From Octopus vulgaris (taxonomy: Eukaryota): 64,000 nucleotides of DNA. The position numbers and the translations under genes are program-made. Below the pieces are notes generated by a model. It was not told the origin of the DNA and searched no databases. It worked only from the letters and a program-made list of their open reading frames with translations. Within the stretch, counting starts at the first letter, position 1. The number at the start of each line of letters is the position of its first letter. Where the stretch lies: assembly GCA_951406725.2 (NCBI GenBank), contig OX597816.1, positions 13,702,001 to 13,766,000 of the forward strand, in the 5' to 3' direction. Below, in pieces: positions 1 through 15,939 of this stretch.

Positions 1-1100
1 ATGAGTGTGTGATAATGAAGAGAATGCTTAAAAGAGGTACATTATCATCCATGAAGTCATAGGCTGTGACAAAAGAACTTCAACAAATTAAAATCAATTC
101 CGGATTCGTTAATTAATTAACTAAACGACGAATTATTTAACTGATTGATATTCTTTTATTCTTTTACTCGTTCGCCAGCCTCGTCTGGCACCTGTGTCGG
201 TGGCACATAAAATCACCCACTACACTCTCGGAGTGGTTGGCGTTAGGAAGGGCATCCAGCTGTAGAAACACTGCCAGATCTGACTGGCCTGGTGCAGCCT
301 TCGGGCTCCCCAGACCCCAGTTGAACCGTCCAACCCATGCTAGCATGGAAAACGGACGCTAAATGATGATGATGATGATGATGTTTCAGTCATTTGACTC
401 TTGCCATGCTGGAGCAGAACATTTAGTCAGGCAAATCAATCCCAGGACTTATTCTTTGTAAGCCTAGTGCTTATTTTCTCGGTCTCTTTTGCTGAACCGC
501 TAAGTTACGGGGACGTAAACACACCGCCATCGGTTGTCAAGCGATGCTGGAGGGATAAACACAGACACACAAACATACACACACAAACCAGCGCCGCCTG
601 ACTGGCATCTTTGCTGGTGACACATAAAAGCACCAACCGATCATAGCTGTTTGCCAGCCCCCTCTGGCCCCTAAGCAGGTGGAACGTAAAAAACACCCAC
701 TACACTCACGGAGTGGTTGGCGTTAGGAAGGGCATCAAGCTGTAGAAACACTGCCAGATCAGACTGGACCCTGATGCAGCTTCCTGGCTTCCCAGACCTC
801 AGTCGAACCATCCAACCCATGCTAGCATGGAAAACGGATGTTAAACGATGATTTTGATGATACATATATATGACGGGCTTCTTTCAGTGTCCGTCTACCA
901 AATCCACTCACAAGGCTTTGATCGGACCGAGGCTATAGTAGAAGACACCCATGGTGCCACACAGTGGGACTGAACCCAGAGCCATGTGGTTCATAAGCAA
1001 GCTACTTACCACACAGCCACTCCTACACATATCCTATTATAATTAAGTGAAATACAACTAGTAATTATGTGTTTTCTGTGCAGGATGATGCTCCACTACA

Positions 1101-1420
1101 TACAGCAAATTAATTCAGAGCTTACAGCTTTTCTACCCTGACTATGTATTCTCATATTTACCCATTGTCATAGGTGCATTAGGTTACGTACCAACAAATT
1201 TGCACGGAAACCTAGAAGTACTTGGTTTTACAGAGAAAGAGCAAAAGAACCTGATGCTGATCCAATCTATTTGTGGCACAATGAAGAGCTGTGAGACATT
1301 CCCAAAATTCTCCTTCTCAGATTCTAATGTGAATAGATACATCAACATTTGAAACCACACACCAACTCAATCACACGTCTAAAACACTGGGAATTTTCTT
1401 GACTCAGAAATTCTTGTCGT
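1101..1420 (+). mobile_element. 3' end of an RLE-clade non-LTR retrotransposon
   Basis: Translates as LQLFYPDYVFSYLPIVIGALGYVPTNLHGNLEVLGF...QSICGTMKSCETF, a typical RLE C-terminus (PIVIGALG). Confidence 0.7.
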
Positions 1421-1498
1421 TTGGTTATCAACTGGTTTGAACCCTATCAAGAAGAACGTAAATTAAACTCAAAGAAAAATCATACACGCATACACATT

Positions 1499-1582
<84 letters not shown>

Positions 1583-1834
1583 TAAATGAAAGAATGGAAT
1601 TGAACGAAGATGTTAACAAAATTCCTTTACTCTCGACACATGTTTCGAAGACAGCATATTTTTATTCGATTCCATTCTTTCATTTATTCATATAAAACAC
1701 ACAAATTTCTACACAAGAACCCGGAGTTTCTACCCTTGACAGGTCGCTTCAACCCTGTTTTCTGACGTGAATTTGCTACCCAGGTTTCGGTTAAACGAAT
1801 TTTCCATGCTAGGATAATTCATTCACCTACTTAA

Positions 1835-3077
<1,243 letters not shown>

Positions 3078-3577
3078 TATATGTATATTTATTATATTAA
3101 GGGCATTACTACACATAAATACCCCATGATATAATGGACATTTAAAATCAAAACTACTTTAACAAATATACGGTATACCGACAGCAAGGGAGTGCAATTT
3201 AGAAGTCATCTTTTAAAAACAGATTCAGCCACAAATCATATGATTTCATAGTTAGTGTACATAATCCACTTTCTAATCATCAGTGCAGGCATAATCAAGA
3301 CACATAAAAATGAGCAAAATATTTACATACCAGATGAACACCAAATGTATCCAACATAGCACATAGAAATGTTCACCCTTATATATCCATGTAAAAAGCA
3401 CAATTAATATATTAAATGTATTTAAAGGGAATAATTATATACATTGTATAAATTTTTTCCTTAAGTGGTTTTTCACGCTGGCTACTTTGATAAATCCTTA
3501 TATAGATTTTATCCTTATATTTAATTTAAAATATGTATGCATGTATGTATGTATGTCTACCTACATACCAACCTACC

Positions 3578-3614
<37 letters not shown>

Positions 3615-4164
3615 AAGAAAGTGACAACAAAAGAATGAGACCTCAATATTAGGTAAATAGAGGATTATATATGTATAGTTTCGAACAAACAGTATATATG
3701 GGGAGAGAAAGAGAGAGAGAGAGACAGACAGACAGAGAGGCAGACTGACAGAGAGGGAGAGAGAGAAAGACAGACAGAGACTTATATAGTAAAACTGATA
3801 AAAATGTACATTGAACTTGCCGTGAGGAGTAGAAAATTCCAGATTTCTGACAGTCTTTCTTCAGAGAAAAGTTGAAAGGAAAGAAAACTTTTACACCATG
3901 TAAGTTTTAAAAAAATAAATATATAAATAAATAAAATAAAATAAAATAAAATAAAACCACTTAAAGGCTGTAAGAGTCTGTTGTCTCCCATTAATTTCTT
4001 CCCTTTCTACTTTCCTCTGAAGAAAAACTGTCTGAAATGTTGAATTTCCCACTCCTCACTGCAAATTCACTATACTCTTTTTTTTATTGATTTTACTAAA
4101 GAATACAAGTCTTGCCACTGCAAACCAACACCAGTCTCTTTCAATCATTTTGATCTTATTACTC

Positions 4165-4373
4165 TTTACTCTTTTACTTGTTTCAGTCATTTGACTGCGG
4201 CCATGCTGCAGCACCGCCTTTAATCGAGCAACTCGACCCTGGGACTTATTCTTTTTGTAAGCCCAGTACTTATTCTATTGGTCTCTTTTGCCGAACCGCT
4301 AAGTGACGGAGACATAAACACACCAGCATCGGTTGTCAAGCAATGCTAGGGGGACAAACACAGACACAAACAA

Positions 4374-4408
<35 letters not shown>

Positions 4409-4563
4409 ACAGGCTTCTTTCAGTTTCTGTCTACCAAATCCACTCACAAGGCATTGGTTCGGCCCAGGGCTATAGCAGAAGACACTTGCCCAAGATGCCA
4501 CGCAGTGGGACTGAACCTGGAACCATGTGGTTGGTTAGCAAGCTACTTACCACACAGCCACTC
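4165..4563 (-). mobile_element. tRNA-derived CORE-type SINE (octopus OR-type), full copy
   Basis: A/B-box head GTGGCTGTGTGGTAAG..GGTTCAGTCCC; CORE-like ttgggcaagtg; internal (AT)/(GT)n. Other copies at about 384-1025, 22275-22681, 28505-28880, 29940-30625, 49705-50097, 50670-51057, 54255-54880 (minus). Confidence 0.85.
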
Positions 4564-5122
4564 CATACATGTGTATGTATATATAGTTAGAAAGAACACA
4601 GAAGACAAGACGTTAGAAAGAGGAGTTAGAAAGAACTCAGAAGACAAGACATCTCAGCTGAGGAATGTCACTCCCTTGCAATACAAGAACAAATAAAGCC
4701 ACATCCCTCTTCACTGCAACCTTCCTCTTTCTAACGTCTTGTCTTCTGTGTTCTTTCTAACTCCTCTGGTGTATAAATCATTATACATTTTAATTTTATT
4801 GTTCTCACATTGTCATTTCATACGATACCCCAACCCCTTGTCCGTCCCCTCTGCCTATCAATTCTTTGTGGTTAAGAAAGAAATTCATAACGACGGTGGT
4901 GCGCTGGCAGAATCGTTAAAGCACTGGACAAAATACGGTGTTCCTTCTGACTTTATGTTCTGAGTTCAAATTTCACAAAGGTTAACTTTGTCTTTCTTCC
5001 TTTCAAAGGCAATAAAATAAATACCAGTTATGTACCAGGGGTTAATGCAATCAACTACCCCCCCCCCATCACCACCAGCAACACACACATACACGCAATT
5101 TCAGGTTTTGTAAAGTTTAAGT

Positions 5123-5423
5123 TTGTTCCTTCTCAAGCCATGTCTGGCTCATAAGGGCTGGTTTCCCCGGTTTCCTTGGTGTATAGGTTCCCCACCTGGA
5201 CGGGACGCCAATCCGTAGCAGGTGAGCTGCAAGATGCAGGAGGAAAGAGTGAGAGAAATTTGTGGCAAAAGAGTCAGCAGAAGTTCGCCATTACCTTCTA
5301 CCAGAGCCGCGTGGAGCTTAGGTGTTTCGCTCATAAACACACACATCGCCCGGTCTGAGATTCGAACCTGCGATCCCTCAATCACAAGTCCACTGCTCTA
5401 ACCACTAGGCCATGTGCCTCCAC
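5123..5423 (-). mobile_element. tRNA-derived SINE (another family)
   Basis: A box TGGCCTAGTGG, B box GGTTCGAATC; second copy at 41921-42185 (plus). Confidence 0.8.
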
Positions 5424-7268
5424 TAATTTCTGGTTTTGTGCATATAGTAGAAAAGACTTTCGGCATAATGACCCTCGTGAGATACAATGAAAGCCTATTT
5501 TCATTGCTTTAGTCACAATGGGTGAAATGTGGACATTATTTATATAATTTATTGTTAGAATTACTGTCATTTAGCTGAATACTATGTCATCAGAAATTAT
5601 TATAACTGGGTATTATATTGGTTTCTTTGTTTGCTAATATGAAGAGGAAATTTAAAAGAATGAATTGTTGAGTTATGGAAACATATTAGTAAATACATGT
5701 CATAAATATTAAATGGAATTATAAAAGAAAAATAATTTTTTTTTTTTTGAAAAATTGTTTACAGTTATAAAACAAAATTCTTTCCCAAGTGAAGAAGAGA
5801 GAATAATGACAATGCCGTCTAATCACAAACAAATAATTTAGAAAAATTAATCAACTAAAAATGATTTCAATAAGAAGAATTTTAACAGATGAAGAACAAA
5901 TAAAAAGAAAAAGACACACACACACACACAAAAAGATAAAGAAAAATATTTGTACTGAATGAATAAATTAGAGATTTAACCATCAGCTCACTGTTGTTTT
6001 CCAAAACATAACAATGTGTAGCTACAGAGCAATCATTGTATTCTAATGTCAATATATTTTAAATTTTCTGAACACTTATTTAAAAACAATGGCGAAATGT
6101 CTCATCTACCGACTAAACCACCTGCAAAGACAACCAAACAAGTTGGCCATTATTTATATTTTGGTTTCCAAGTCCACAGACCAATGACTCACAAACTTTC
6201 TCAACAACCACCTCTTCTGTGTTACAAAACTTTCATTTTTGTACGTTGTTTGCTAGATTCTTGATGTGAATTCCAGTGTTGAAACAAATCTGGTTGTGTC
6301 TTGGTATGGTCATTACACCAATAATAACACATGCACTCGTTCAATATCACTTCTTTATTGTTAGTCAAGTGGTTAATATCTAACCAACTAACTAATCAGC
6401 CATTTATTTTGTATACTGGATAAACAAACAATTTGATTAACTAAACAATTAATTGAACCATCAATTAGTTAATTAGTTAAATGGTTAACGAGTTCACTCA
6501 TAATAATGAATAAAAGAAATGAAACAGAACCGGTTCATATGTCTATTATTGGCATAATTAAGGTGGTGCCACCAGCCTGAAGGTCTTACCACTGCTGTCT
6601 GTCATATCTGCTGCCAATAACCGCTGAAGGGTGGGCTAGGGATGCCGTGGCTAAAAATATGCAGGCATGCGCTGAAGCTGAGGCATCTCTGGCTCTACCT
6701 GGATGGTGAACAGGTGACCTCTTCAATGGCTTGCTCTTTTTCTTCAAGGTCAGCTCTGAGTCTCAAGTAGACCTTGAGGAGAGAGGAAAGCCACTGAAAA
6801 TGGTTGTGATGAAAGAACTTTGACAAACAAACAACCAACTGATTGTTTAACCAGCACATTAAACGAATGATTGATTACTTTGTCGGTTAGATATTTAACC
6901 ATCTGACTAATAATAAAGAAGTGAATTGGAACCAGTGCATGTGTTATCATCACTGGCATAAAGACCCTCCCAAGACACAACAAGAGTTAACCAACTGACA
7001 AATGAAAAATAAAGAAGTGAAGAACTACAACTTTGTCTGTGTGTGTGTGGAGTTTATTATTGGCATAACAACCCTCCCAAGATACAACAGGTGATAAAAA
7101 ACAGTTTGTATTTTAGACAGAATTAGATATATCTGAAAGAAAGAGAAAGCTTATTAGGTCAAGCATTTTGTACAAATTTCAAACAGATTGGCTTGTCTTT
7201 TTTACTAAGGCACAATGCCTAAATAAAACTGCAAACAATGGAATGGTTAAAATATTCTTTTGACTTAC

Positions 7269-7434
7269 CTCCATGTCATGGAAGGATTTAGATCTGATCA
7301 TCAAACTGCCTAAACTAATGGACTCCTGCAGGTGTACAGGGATTCTCATCTCTTGCAGCTTATCATAAGCATACCGAGCCAGTTTATAGGCCTGGAGTTG
7401 GCGACTCTGTTTTGCAAGCACGTACAGTGTATAT
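7269..7434 (-). CDS. IFT122: IFT122 coding exon (last in window), 166 nt: (V)[55 protein letters not shown]
   Basis: Resembles human [56 protein letters not shown]; acceptor actcag, donor GTAAGT. The gene continues beyond both window ends. Confidence 0.95.
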
Positions 7435-8251
7435 CTGAGTTCAGAATTAAGGGTACAAATGGTATGGCATTTTATTTTATTTCTTTTATTTTTTTACTTG
7501 TTTCAGTCACTGGATTGTGGTCATGCTAGAGCACCTCCTTGAAGGGTTTTAGTTTTACAAGATAACCCCAGTGTCAGGAAGTGAGAAAGTCTTTTACGTT
7601 TCAAGCCTATATATATATATATACTACAGGCTTCTTTCAGTTTCTGTCTACCAAATCCACTGACAAGGCTTTGGTCGAATCGAGGTTATAGTATAAGATA
7701 CTTGCCCAAGGTATCATGCAGTGAGCTGAACCCGGAACCATGCATAATTTTTTTTTTTTTAAATCTAATATACCCCAATATATAGTCCTTATTTTTGCAT
7801 CCCTGTATGTGAATACATCCCAAATGTCTTTGTGACTCTGCTTTGTAACATTATTAATATCAAATATTTCAAAATTCCAATTGGAAAGGAAAGTGAAAGT
7901 GGAGAAGTAAGAGCTGCCTCCAACTGAATTTGTCAAAAGATGAGGGACTGTGGCAAAAATGGTTAAAGTGAATGGCCCTATTCTATGGACTGAAGAACAA
8001 CTTTTGGGTGAGGTTTTGTGCCTTTGGCAGTCAGGGTAATCCTGGATCTGTGAGGCTTCTTGACTGGCCCTAGATGGAGCTTCTCCTGTATCAGAAGGAC
8101 TGCACCATTCATACTGTCACATACTTTGTATACTATTATCATATTTCACTGTCTGTTCCATTTCTGTCTTCCTGTCTCTTATGTAAGACTCCACACAAAT
8201 AGTTGGACATGCAAGGCCCCCTCATCTATGCCCCTGTGGCTAATAACAGAA

Positions 8252-8298
<47 letters not shown>

Positions 8299-8318
8299 TA
8301 TTATTATTATTATTATTC

Positions 8319-8872
8319 AGTGAGAGAGCAGCACATGCCATCAAAGTGACACTGGGGTAAAATATACGAAGCCCAGTATACCCATCATGACCACCCGTCT
8401 GATAAGGGTACACCAGGCACATGCATCACAACCATATGTGCACAACATGGTGATCTCATATCAAGATAAACAGCACATGACCTTGCAGGTGGGGCCCAGT
8501 TAGAATTTTCTTCTGGTCGAGTAACCCATCCCGCTCAAAAGGTCCCTGAATAAGGATTGTTTAAGGATGTTGAAAGAACCACCCATGTTTCCAGAGGTGA
8601 ATTATTCAAACCCCAAAGAATCCCTCTCAACACATGGCTATGATGCTCCCCCACTACTTCTGCCTGTGATCAGAGATGCACATATCATCAGCCACTAAGG
8701 GACATGCTCAACTGGTTAAGGTCAAACAACTGACAAGCAAATCTGTGGTATTGAGCAGAATATTTGCTGTAGCCCATATTTTATACCAAGACAAAACAAT
8801 GTACATGATAACACTTCCAATCAGTTAAGACCAGAAGCCACGAGAGCCACTGTCTGGTACTGCATCAGGGCA
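8319..8872 (-). mobile_element. About 550-bp non-autonomous element inserted in (TAA)n
   Basis: Near-identical copy at 34021-34573 and a truncated copy at 16041-16190; all flanked by ATT repeats. Confidence 0.85.
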
Positions 8873-9635
8873 TTTATTATTATTATTATTATTATTATTA
8901 TCATTATACAGGTAGATGAATGAACAAACAGATAGACAAATAGACATACAGACAGGCCCTAAACAGAGAGATAGACTGATAGACAGACAGGTAACTAAAT
9001 AGGTGAACAAACAGATAGGCAGATAGACAGATAGTTAGAAGATAATGAGATCGAAAAAACAGACAGTTCCAAAGACAAATAGTTAGAAAGACAGACTGAC
9101 AGACAGACAGACTGACAGACAGACAGACTGACAGACAGACAGACTGACAGACAGACAGACTGACAGACAGACATACTGACAGACAGACAGAAAGCTAGCT
9201 AAAGAGACAGGGACACAGATTGGAAAAGACAACTTAAAAAAACTCATTAAAATGGAACTTCAAGTGAGGTGGAGTAGAGAGTGGGATGGGGGGGGGGGCA
9301 GTGGTGCGGACAGTTTGGTAGTGGTGGTCTTTCTGAGAATGGTAAGAATGAATATTTGAAGCATCAAGAATCTGATAAGTATAAAAAGTAAAAGTGACAT
9401 CTTTTTCTGGGAAGAAAAATGAAAAAAAAAAAAATGAAAGAAAGAAAGAAGAAAGAAACGAGAAGGCGCCAAAAGAAAAAATGGTTTGACAGTGAATAAT
9501 ACAGGAAAGATGAACATTAAAATCTGGTGAAGTGACAATCTTATTGAATATTTTTAGCAAATTCAAGCTCATATAAAACCTAAAGATGTATGTATGTCTG
9601 TATAATGTGTATATATTGCGCATGAGCACTAACAG

Positions 9636-9670
<35 letters not shown>

Positions 9671-9713
9671 CAGAGAGAGCAAGAGAGAGAGAGATTGAAA
9701 AAAATATACACAC

Positions 9714-9758
<45 letters not shown>

Positions 9759-9786
9759 ACATCATCCTCATCTATATGCGTGAATG

Positions 9787-9837
<51 letters not shown>

Positions 9838-10354
9838 TTATATGTATGAATATATATGTATATATATGTATATATATGTATATATATGTATATATGTATA
9901 TATATATATATCATCATCATCATCATCATTGTTATATACATATGTATATATATATGTATATATATACACATACACACACACAGACACCCACACATATTTA
10001 TGTTTATATAGGGTGTGTGAGAGAGAGAATGTGACAAAGAGAAATAGAGAGAGCGGTCTGAGTGGTTCTTTGTGGATGTTATCGATGCATACACACGCAT
10101 ATGTGATCAAACTATATGAATTATAAATCCCATTGCTGTTGCAAAAAAAAGAAAAAACAAAAAAAGCAGAATATTCCAAGTGACAAACCTTGAACAAATG
10201 TTATTTTCGATATTCAGCAACACACACACACACACACACATATACGTGTGTATGAGACACACACACAACTCGGTGTGCATTTACTGATATGTAACGACAT
10301 ATATGCAACCACAAAAAACAATATACATATATATATATATATATATACATACAT

Positions 10355-10413
<59 letters not shown>

Positions 10414-10893
10414 TAGATATATGGTGTGGGGTATATGTATAAATATATGCATGCTCACACAGATATTAATGTATGAGCTAATGTCTTTATACGGCTAGGA
10501 ATTTGTAGAATATATTTGTTTTATGTATTGTAATGTGTTTTCCTGTTTGCGTTATTGTTGCACATACATACATATAAATATGTTTATATTACATATATAT
10601 ATATATGTTTATATATGTATTTATATTTCATATATATATATATATATGCGGTGACAAACATGAAAGTCATTGATACATATCTATCTATATTAATGCAAAC
10701 ATGAATAGAAATAAGACCGCATAAATCACACCACATATACACATATGCGGAGTGGGCGTTCTGATGTGCACATCCATATATATAAATGCATATAAAAATA
10801 TTAATATATATATATATATATACATAGATACATATATATATACATATATATATGTATATGTATATATATATATATGTATATATATATGTATAT

Positions 10894-10972
<79 letters not shown>

Positions 10973-11699
10973 TATACATATACATATACATATACATGTA
11001 TTTATATTCATATATATATACGTGATTGTATAAACACACATAGAGATTATCTCTGTCTCCTTCTCCCTCTCTCTCTCTCATGTACATACACATATACGTG
11101 CATGTGCTATCATTTCCTTTCTATGGAAATAGATACAAAGGCAGGGGTAGAATACAACCATCGAAGGACAGGACATTCACTAAGAAACAGTAAAATCGAA
11201 GATTCAGATGCGAAATACAATAACAAACAAACAAAAAAAAAAAAATTCCCCCACCCCGCCTCCACCAAAAAAATAAATAAATATATAAATAAATAAATAA
11301 AAGTATGCCCTATCACTGTTACCATCATCACCAGCACCAGAATCTCAGAAAGATAGCAAAGGAGAGGAGGGGGGGGAAAAGGGAGTTACAGAGCTCACTT
11401 AAATCATGAACAGAAAACAAAACACTTTGCATATAGCTCACTTGACAGCTCAGCTTGATAGCAGCCAAATAAAAGGATCCCTTTTTGGGGTTTTTTTTTT
11501 TTTTTTTCCCCACATAATACAAGCAAGCCCTGATCATTTTCTACATTTATAATTTGGTGGTGAAGAGTGAAAGAGTATCTCAGCCAATCCCTTCATAGAA
11601 AATCAGAACTTGAAATTCAACCCACACAGAGAAAAGAAGTGAAGTGAGCATGCATTTTATATAAATGTGTTTGTGCTTGTACGTGTATGTGTGTGTGTC

Positions 11700-11757
<58 letters not shown>

Positions 11758-11959
11758 TGAGTAAATATAAACATATATCTATCTCTTTCTCTGTGTGTGT
11801 ATATATATATATGTATATAAATAAATATCTGTATATACATATATATATACACACACATACATAAGTATATGTGTGTGTGCATATATATAAAATATATGGT
11901 AGCATGGAAAGCGGACGCTAAACGATGATGATGATGACGATGATATATATGTGTGTGAG

Positions 11960-11997
<38 letters not shown>

Positions 11998-12107
11998 TAT
12001 ACACACATACCAATGTAGAAATATCAATAAACATAAGTGCATAAATATCTATCTACACATACACACACACATGTATGTATGCATGTATATACGTACACAC
12101 ACTCTCA

Positions 12108-12183
<76 letters not shown>

Positions 12184-12940
12184 CAAAGAATAACTCCTTG
12201 TGACCAAAGCATATTAAATCAAAAAGAAGTGGAAGAAAAGCATTACTACTACCACCACCACAACCATCACCACCACCACCACTACTACTACTACTACTAT
12301 TACAGCTACTACTACTACTACAAATGCATTGCAGTTCAGGTCAAGAACATGGAGTTGATTTATTTATTTATTTATTTGTTTAATGCTGCTTCCATTATTT
12401 TTGATTTTCGAGCAGAAAGTCCCAGCGCTGGATGTGGTTACTTTTGTTTAACCTCACTCTTAAACATAAGGAAGAGGTGGTGACAAGTTACCAGCATACA
12501 TTTTTTGTTAAATATCTGTTTCAGAATATTCTTGCCTAAGGGGACACGGCTGTAATAAGATTTCTTTTGCTTTCCCTTGTTTTGCATCTTCTTTTTTTTA
12601 AGTTTTCTCTCCCCATATTTTTTTTCTGCTTGTTTTATTTTAGGGGATTTTTTCTGTTTTTCTTTTTGGTTTTCGTTTTTTTTTTTTTGTTGTTGTTGCA
12701 GGAGATGTGAATGTTGTATGTGAAATGAACCACACACCTCCCCTGAGACGTTCACAATGGAACTGTCAGAAAGTATATCGGAACCAAAGCTCTTTTACGC
12801 AATATTTTGCACATTAGCTTCTTCGTAAATGTCTCGTTTGACAGAAAGTTAGTCACTTCTATTTACTCAAAAGCTTTTGAGCAACGACAAGTTATTTTAG
12901 CTTTGCCATTTTCCTTTTCATTTTATATTATTATTATTAC

Positions 12941-12987
<47 letters not shown>

Positions 12988-13729
12988 GTACATGACATTT
13001 GGTGGCAGTGATGTTGTTCTGTTGGTTGGCGACAAGCCTCTTCAAATCTCAACAATCATTCTTAGGACCCTTTCAGGAGATAGGGATTGCACTTTTCTCT
13101 TGGGTAGCAGTTTGGGTGTTGTACCAAATGCACCAGTTATTACAAGAATACACAGCTTCTTCATCTCCCTGGCTAGGTTCTGATATTGCTTAGCAGCAGT
13201 TTGGCTGTCTTGAGGTTCAGAGTTCAAATTCTACCGAAGTCAACTTTGCCTTTCGTCTTTTGAGGGTCGACAAAATAAGGACCAGTTGTAAAATAGGGAC
13301 AATGTAATCAACTCGCTTGTCCTTGTGCCACACATGAGAGCCTCTGTTTCTATCTTCACATCACTTCTCCACATCCATAACCACTGGCCTTCTCTGTCTG
13401 TCTCGGAGCTCATATCTCTTGCAAACTGACAGTATGTTCTTTTCTTCTCTTTCCATATCATCTCTTTTTGTGTGTTCTTTTCCTCTTTAAGTTTCTTTCT
13501 CAACACAATTATCAATTTTGATGATGCCAGACATCTTCACATGTTTCAACAGAATTTCTTACACACCAATCTAAGCTGTTTTCCTCCACTTCAACACAAT
13601 CCTGACAATTGATCAAACCACACTCACCCTTTCTTCTCAACAAGTACAACCTATCGGTGTCACTATTGGGATGGAATGATACATTGCATTGTCAATAGTT
13701 TCTGTGTTTACTTATCCATGCGACCATAT

Positions 13730-14154
13730 GAGTGAGATCGTTGTCACCATACGAGTGTGATCATTGCCAGAGCAACAAGCTGGCCTCCATGCTGATGGCA
13801 CGTTAAAAACACCATTCAAGCATGATTGTTACCTGCGTCGCCTTACTGGCACTTGTGCTGGTGGCACATGAAAAACATTCGAGCGAGGTTGTTGCCAGTG
13901 CCGCTGGACTGGATCTTGAGCAAGTGGCACATAAAAAGCACCATTTGAGCGTGGCCGTTGCCAGTACCGCCTGACTGGCCCTCGTGCTCGTGGCACATAA
14001 AAGCACCCACTACACTCTCAGAGTAGTTGGCGTTATGAAGGGCATCCAGCTGTAGAAACTCTGCCAGATCAGATTGGAGTCTGGTGCAGCCATCTGGTTC
14101 GCCAGACCACAGTCAAATCGTCCAACCCATGCTAGCATGGAAAGCGGACATTAA

Positions 14155-14187
<33 letters not shown>
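13730..14187 (+). mobile_element. (GAT)n-tailed SINE-like element with internal about 65-bp tandem units
   Basis: Core gagtggttggcgttaggaagggcatccagctgtag..ccatgctagcatggaaagcggacg(atg)n. Copies at about 167-383, 590-862, 34877-35052, 35932-36170, 45680-46215, 47106-47492, 48720-49138, 54498-54820, 59730-60317, 60969-61170. Confidence 0.85.
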
Positions 14188-14314
14188 CTCTTCAGTTCTT
14201 TCTTTTGGCAGTTTAAGATTTCAGCTTCATACTGAAGTGATATTGTCGCCCATGTATTTACTGCTTGGGATTTTATTCCATCCAGTCAATTTTGAGTGCA
14301 ACACCATTCTTTGG

Positions 14315-14647
14315 AGTAAAGATTGTTTGCCAACATAACATGGCAGTCTTGGTTTAGGACTAATGTTGCTGTAATTTAGCCCCAGGAGACATCATCACCA
14401 ACTGGCTATATGACACGATCTGTATCCTTATATTTTTGAACAAGAGAATCTAGCACCCCCACTCAGCTCAAAACAATATTTGTATATTGTGATTTCCGGG
14501 GTGAAGGTGCTAGATTCCCTTGTTCAAAAATATAAGGACACAGATTGTGTCGTATAGCCAGCTGGTGACGATGTCTCCTGGGGCTAAATTACAGCAACAT
14601 TCGTCCTAAACCAGGACTGCCATGTTATGATGGCAAATGATCTTTAC
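14315..14647. mobile_element. Fold-back element (about 143-bp arms) inserted in the R4/Dong-like LINE
   Basis: Arms 14315-14457 and 14506-14647; related fragment at about 57880-57935. Confidence 0.8.
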
Positions 14648-14810
14648 TACAAAGTACTGTTGCTGAATATCCCTCAATGTGAGATTTAAAAATGGTAATT
14701 TTCTAACACCATTCTTAGTCTTCGGAAATATTCTTTCCTCAATTATTCTTTCATTTCCTTCTCCATGATTTCATTGAACTCTACTATGTCAAGGTAATTA
14801 TAGTCTTAAG

Positions 14811-15042
14811 GTGGTGAGCTGGCAGAAACATTAGCACGCCGGGCGAAATGCGTAGCCGTATTTTGTCTGCCGTTACGTTCTGAGTTCAAATTCCGCCGAG
14901 GTCGACTTTGCCTTTCATCCTTTCGGGGTCAATAAATTAAGTACCAGTTACGCACTGGGGTCGATGTAATCGACTTAATCTGTTTGTCTGTCCTTGTTTG
15001 TCCCTTCTGTGTTTAGCCCCTTGTGGGTAATAAAGAAATATA
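14811..15042 (+). mobile_element. tRNA-derived SINE with conserved gcctttcatcctttcggggtcgataaattaagtacc central domain
   Basis: Full copy inserted in the LINE; other copies at about 4895-5110, 13195-13330, 35313-35722, 41555-41765, 43873-44060, 45000-45382. Confidence 0.8.
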
Positions 15043-15287
15043 TAGTCTTCTGTTTCAAGTTGCTTCATCACTTCTCTATTTGCTAATTCTGTCCCTGCCA
15101 GAGTCTGTTCCTTGCCTCTTCTCAGGATCATTATACCACAATTCTTGAGTCCAAATTCCATCTTAACATGAACACTGAAACAGTGGATCATGTTCACCAA
15201 GGAACTTACCAGTGCCTCATCCTTGCCATACAGCTTCCAATCATCCTTGAAGAGGAGATGGTTCATTCTTTGTATTTTGCCCTTTAA

Positions 15288-15723
15288 CCCTTTTGTTACC
15301 AACCCGGCTGAAACCGGCTCTGGCACTTTAGTACAAATGTCTGGCTTTCAAAAGTTCTGAATTAAAATTTTCCACCAAACCTTAGTCACAATTTATGTTC
15401 CTAGTACTAGTTTAATGATAACTAAGTTATTTTACTAAATCCTTTGATATGTTCAGAATTAATTGAAAGAAACACAGAGCATCTCAAAATAAATACTATA
15501 ACAAAAGGGATAAAGTCACTATGATATTTTTAACCCTTTTGATACCAACCCGGCTAAAACCACCGCTGGCTCTGTAGTACAAATGTCTTGTTTTCACAAG
15601 TTCTGAATTAAAATCCCAACACTAGCTTAATGATAACTAAGTTATTTTACTAAATTCTTTGTTATATTTAAAATAATTGGAAGAAGCATAGAGCATCTCA
15701 ACAGAAATACAGTAACAAAAGGG
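15288..15723 (+). mobile_element. Dimeric piggyBac-like MITE
   Basis: TTAA|CCCTTT..GTTAC ... GTAAC..AAGGG|TTAA; two about 220-bp units joined by ataaagtcactatgatattttt. Confidence 0.8.
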
Positions 15724-15939
15724 TTAACTGATAACCCAGGTTCGCTTTCCTAAGCACCAAGGTCAGAAGGATCACGCAAAAAGCAATGGACATAAGCTAT
15801 CTCCTTGGAAAATCCCTCTCCTGATACCCAGAGTAAGCTTGGTTCATATGATGTCAATTCAGTTTTCCAACCCACCATATTTCTCTTCAGAAAACATGTT
15901 ACGTTCCTTGCAATTTGAAACTACTACTACTACTACTAC

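Larger units (their letters stand above)
12990..15920 (-). mobile_element. Fragmented R4/Dong-clade (RLE) non-LTR retrotransposon
   Basis: RT motifs RGIFQGDSLCPLLF (about 15780-15820) and NHLLFKDDWKLYGK..MEFGLKNC (15060-15270); SDTDRLYL; GQWLWMWRSDVKIETEALM; RLE tail VITGAFGTTPK. Flanked by (TAA)n on both sides; split by nested SINEs and MITEs. Confidence 0.82.

Noticed and set aside
8810-8872. Possible HDV-like ribozyme at the 5' end of the TAA-targeted element (GCTCTCGTGGC)
   Set aside because: I could not build P1, P2 and P1.1 by eye; it needs a descriptor search.
9695-12483. YIYI/CVCV ORFs (also at 27.8-29, 36.5-37.1 and 62.9-63.7 kb)
   Set aside because: (AT)n and (GT)n artefacts.
12427-12496. 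Imperfect hairpin as a miRNA or H/ACA candidate
   Set aside because: Pairing is too interrupted and I recognised no known mature sequence.
13795-14010. CRISPR-like repeat/spacer appearance of GTGGCACATAAAAAGCACC units
   Set aside because: The 'spacers' are homologous to each other, the array is part of a dispersed eukaryotic SINE, and there are no cas genes.
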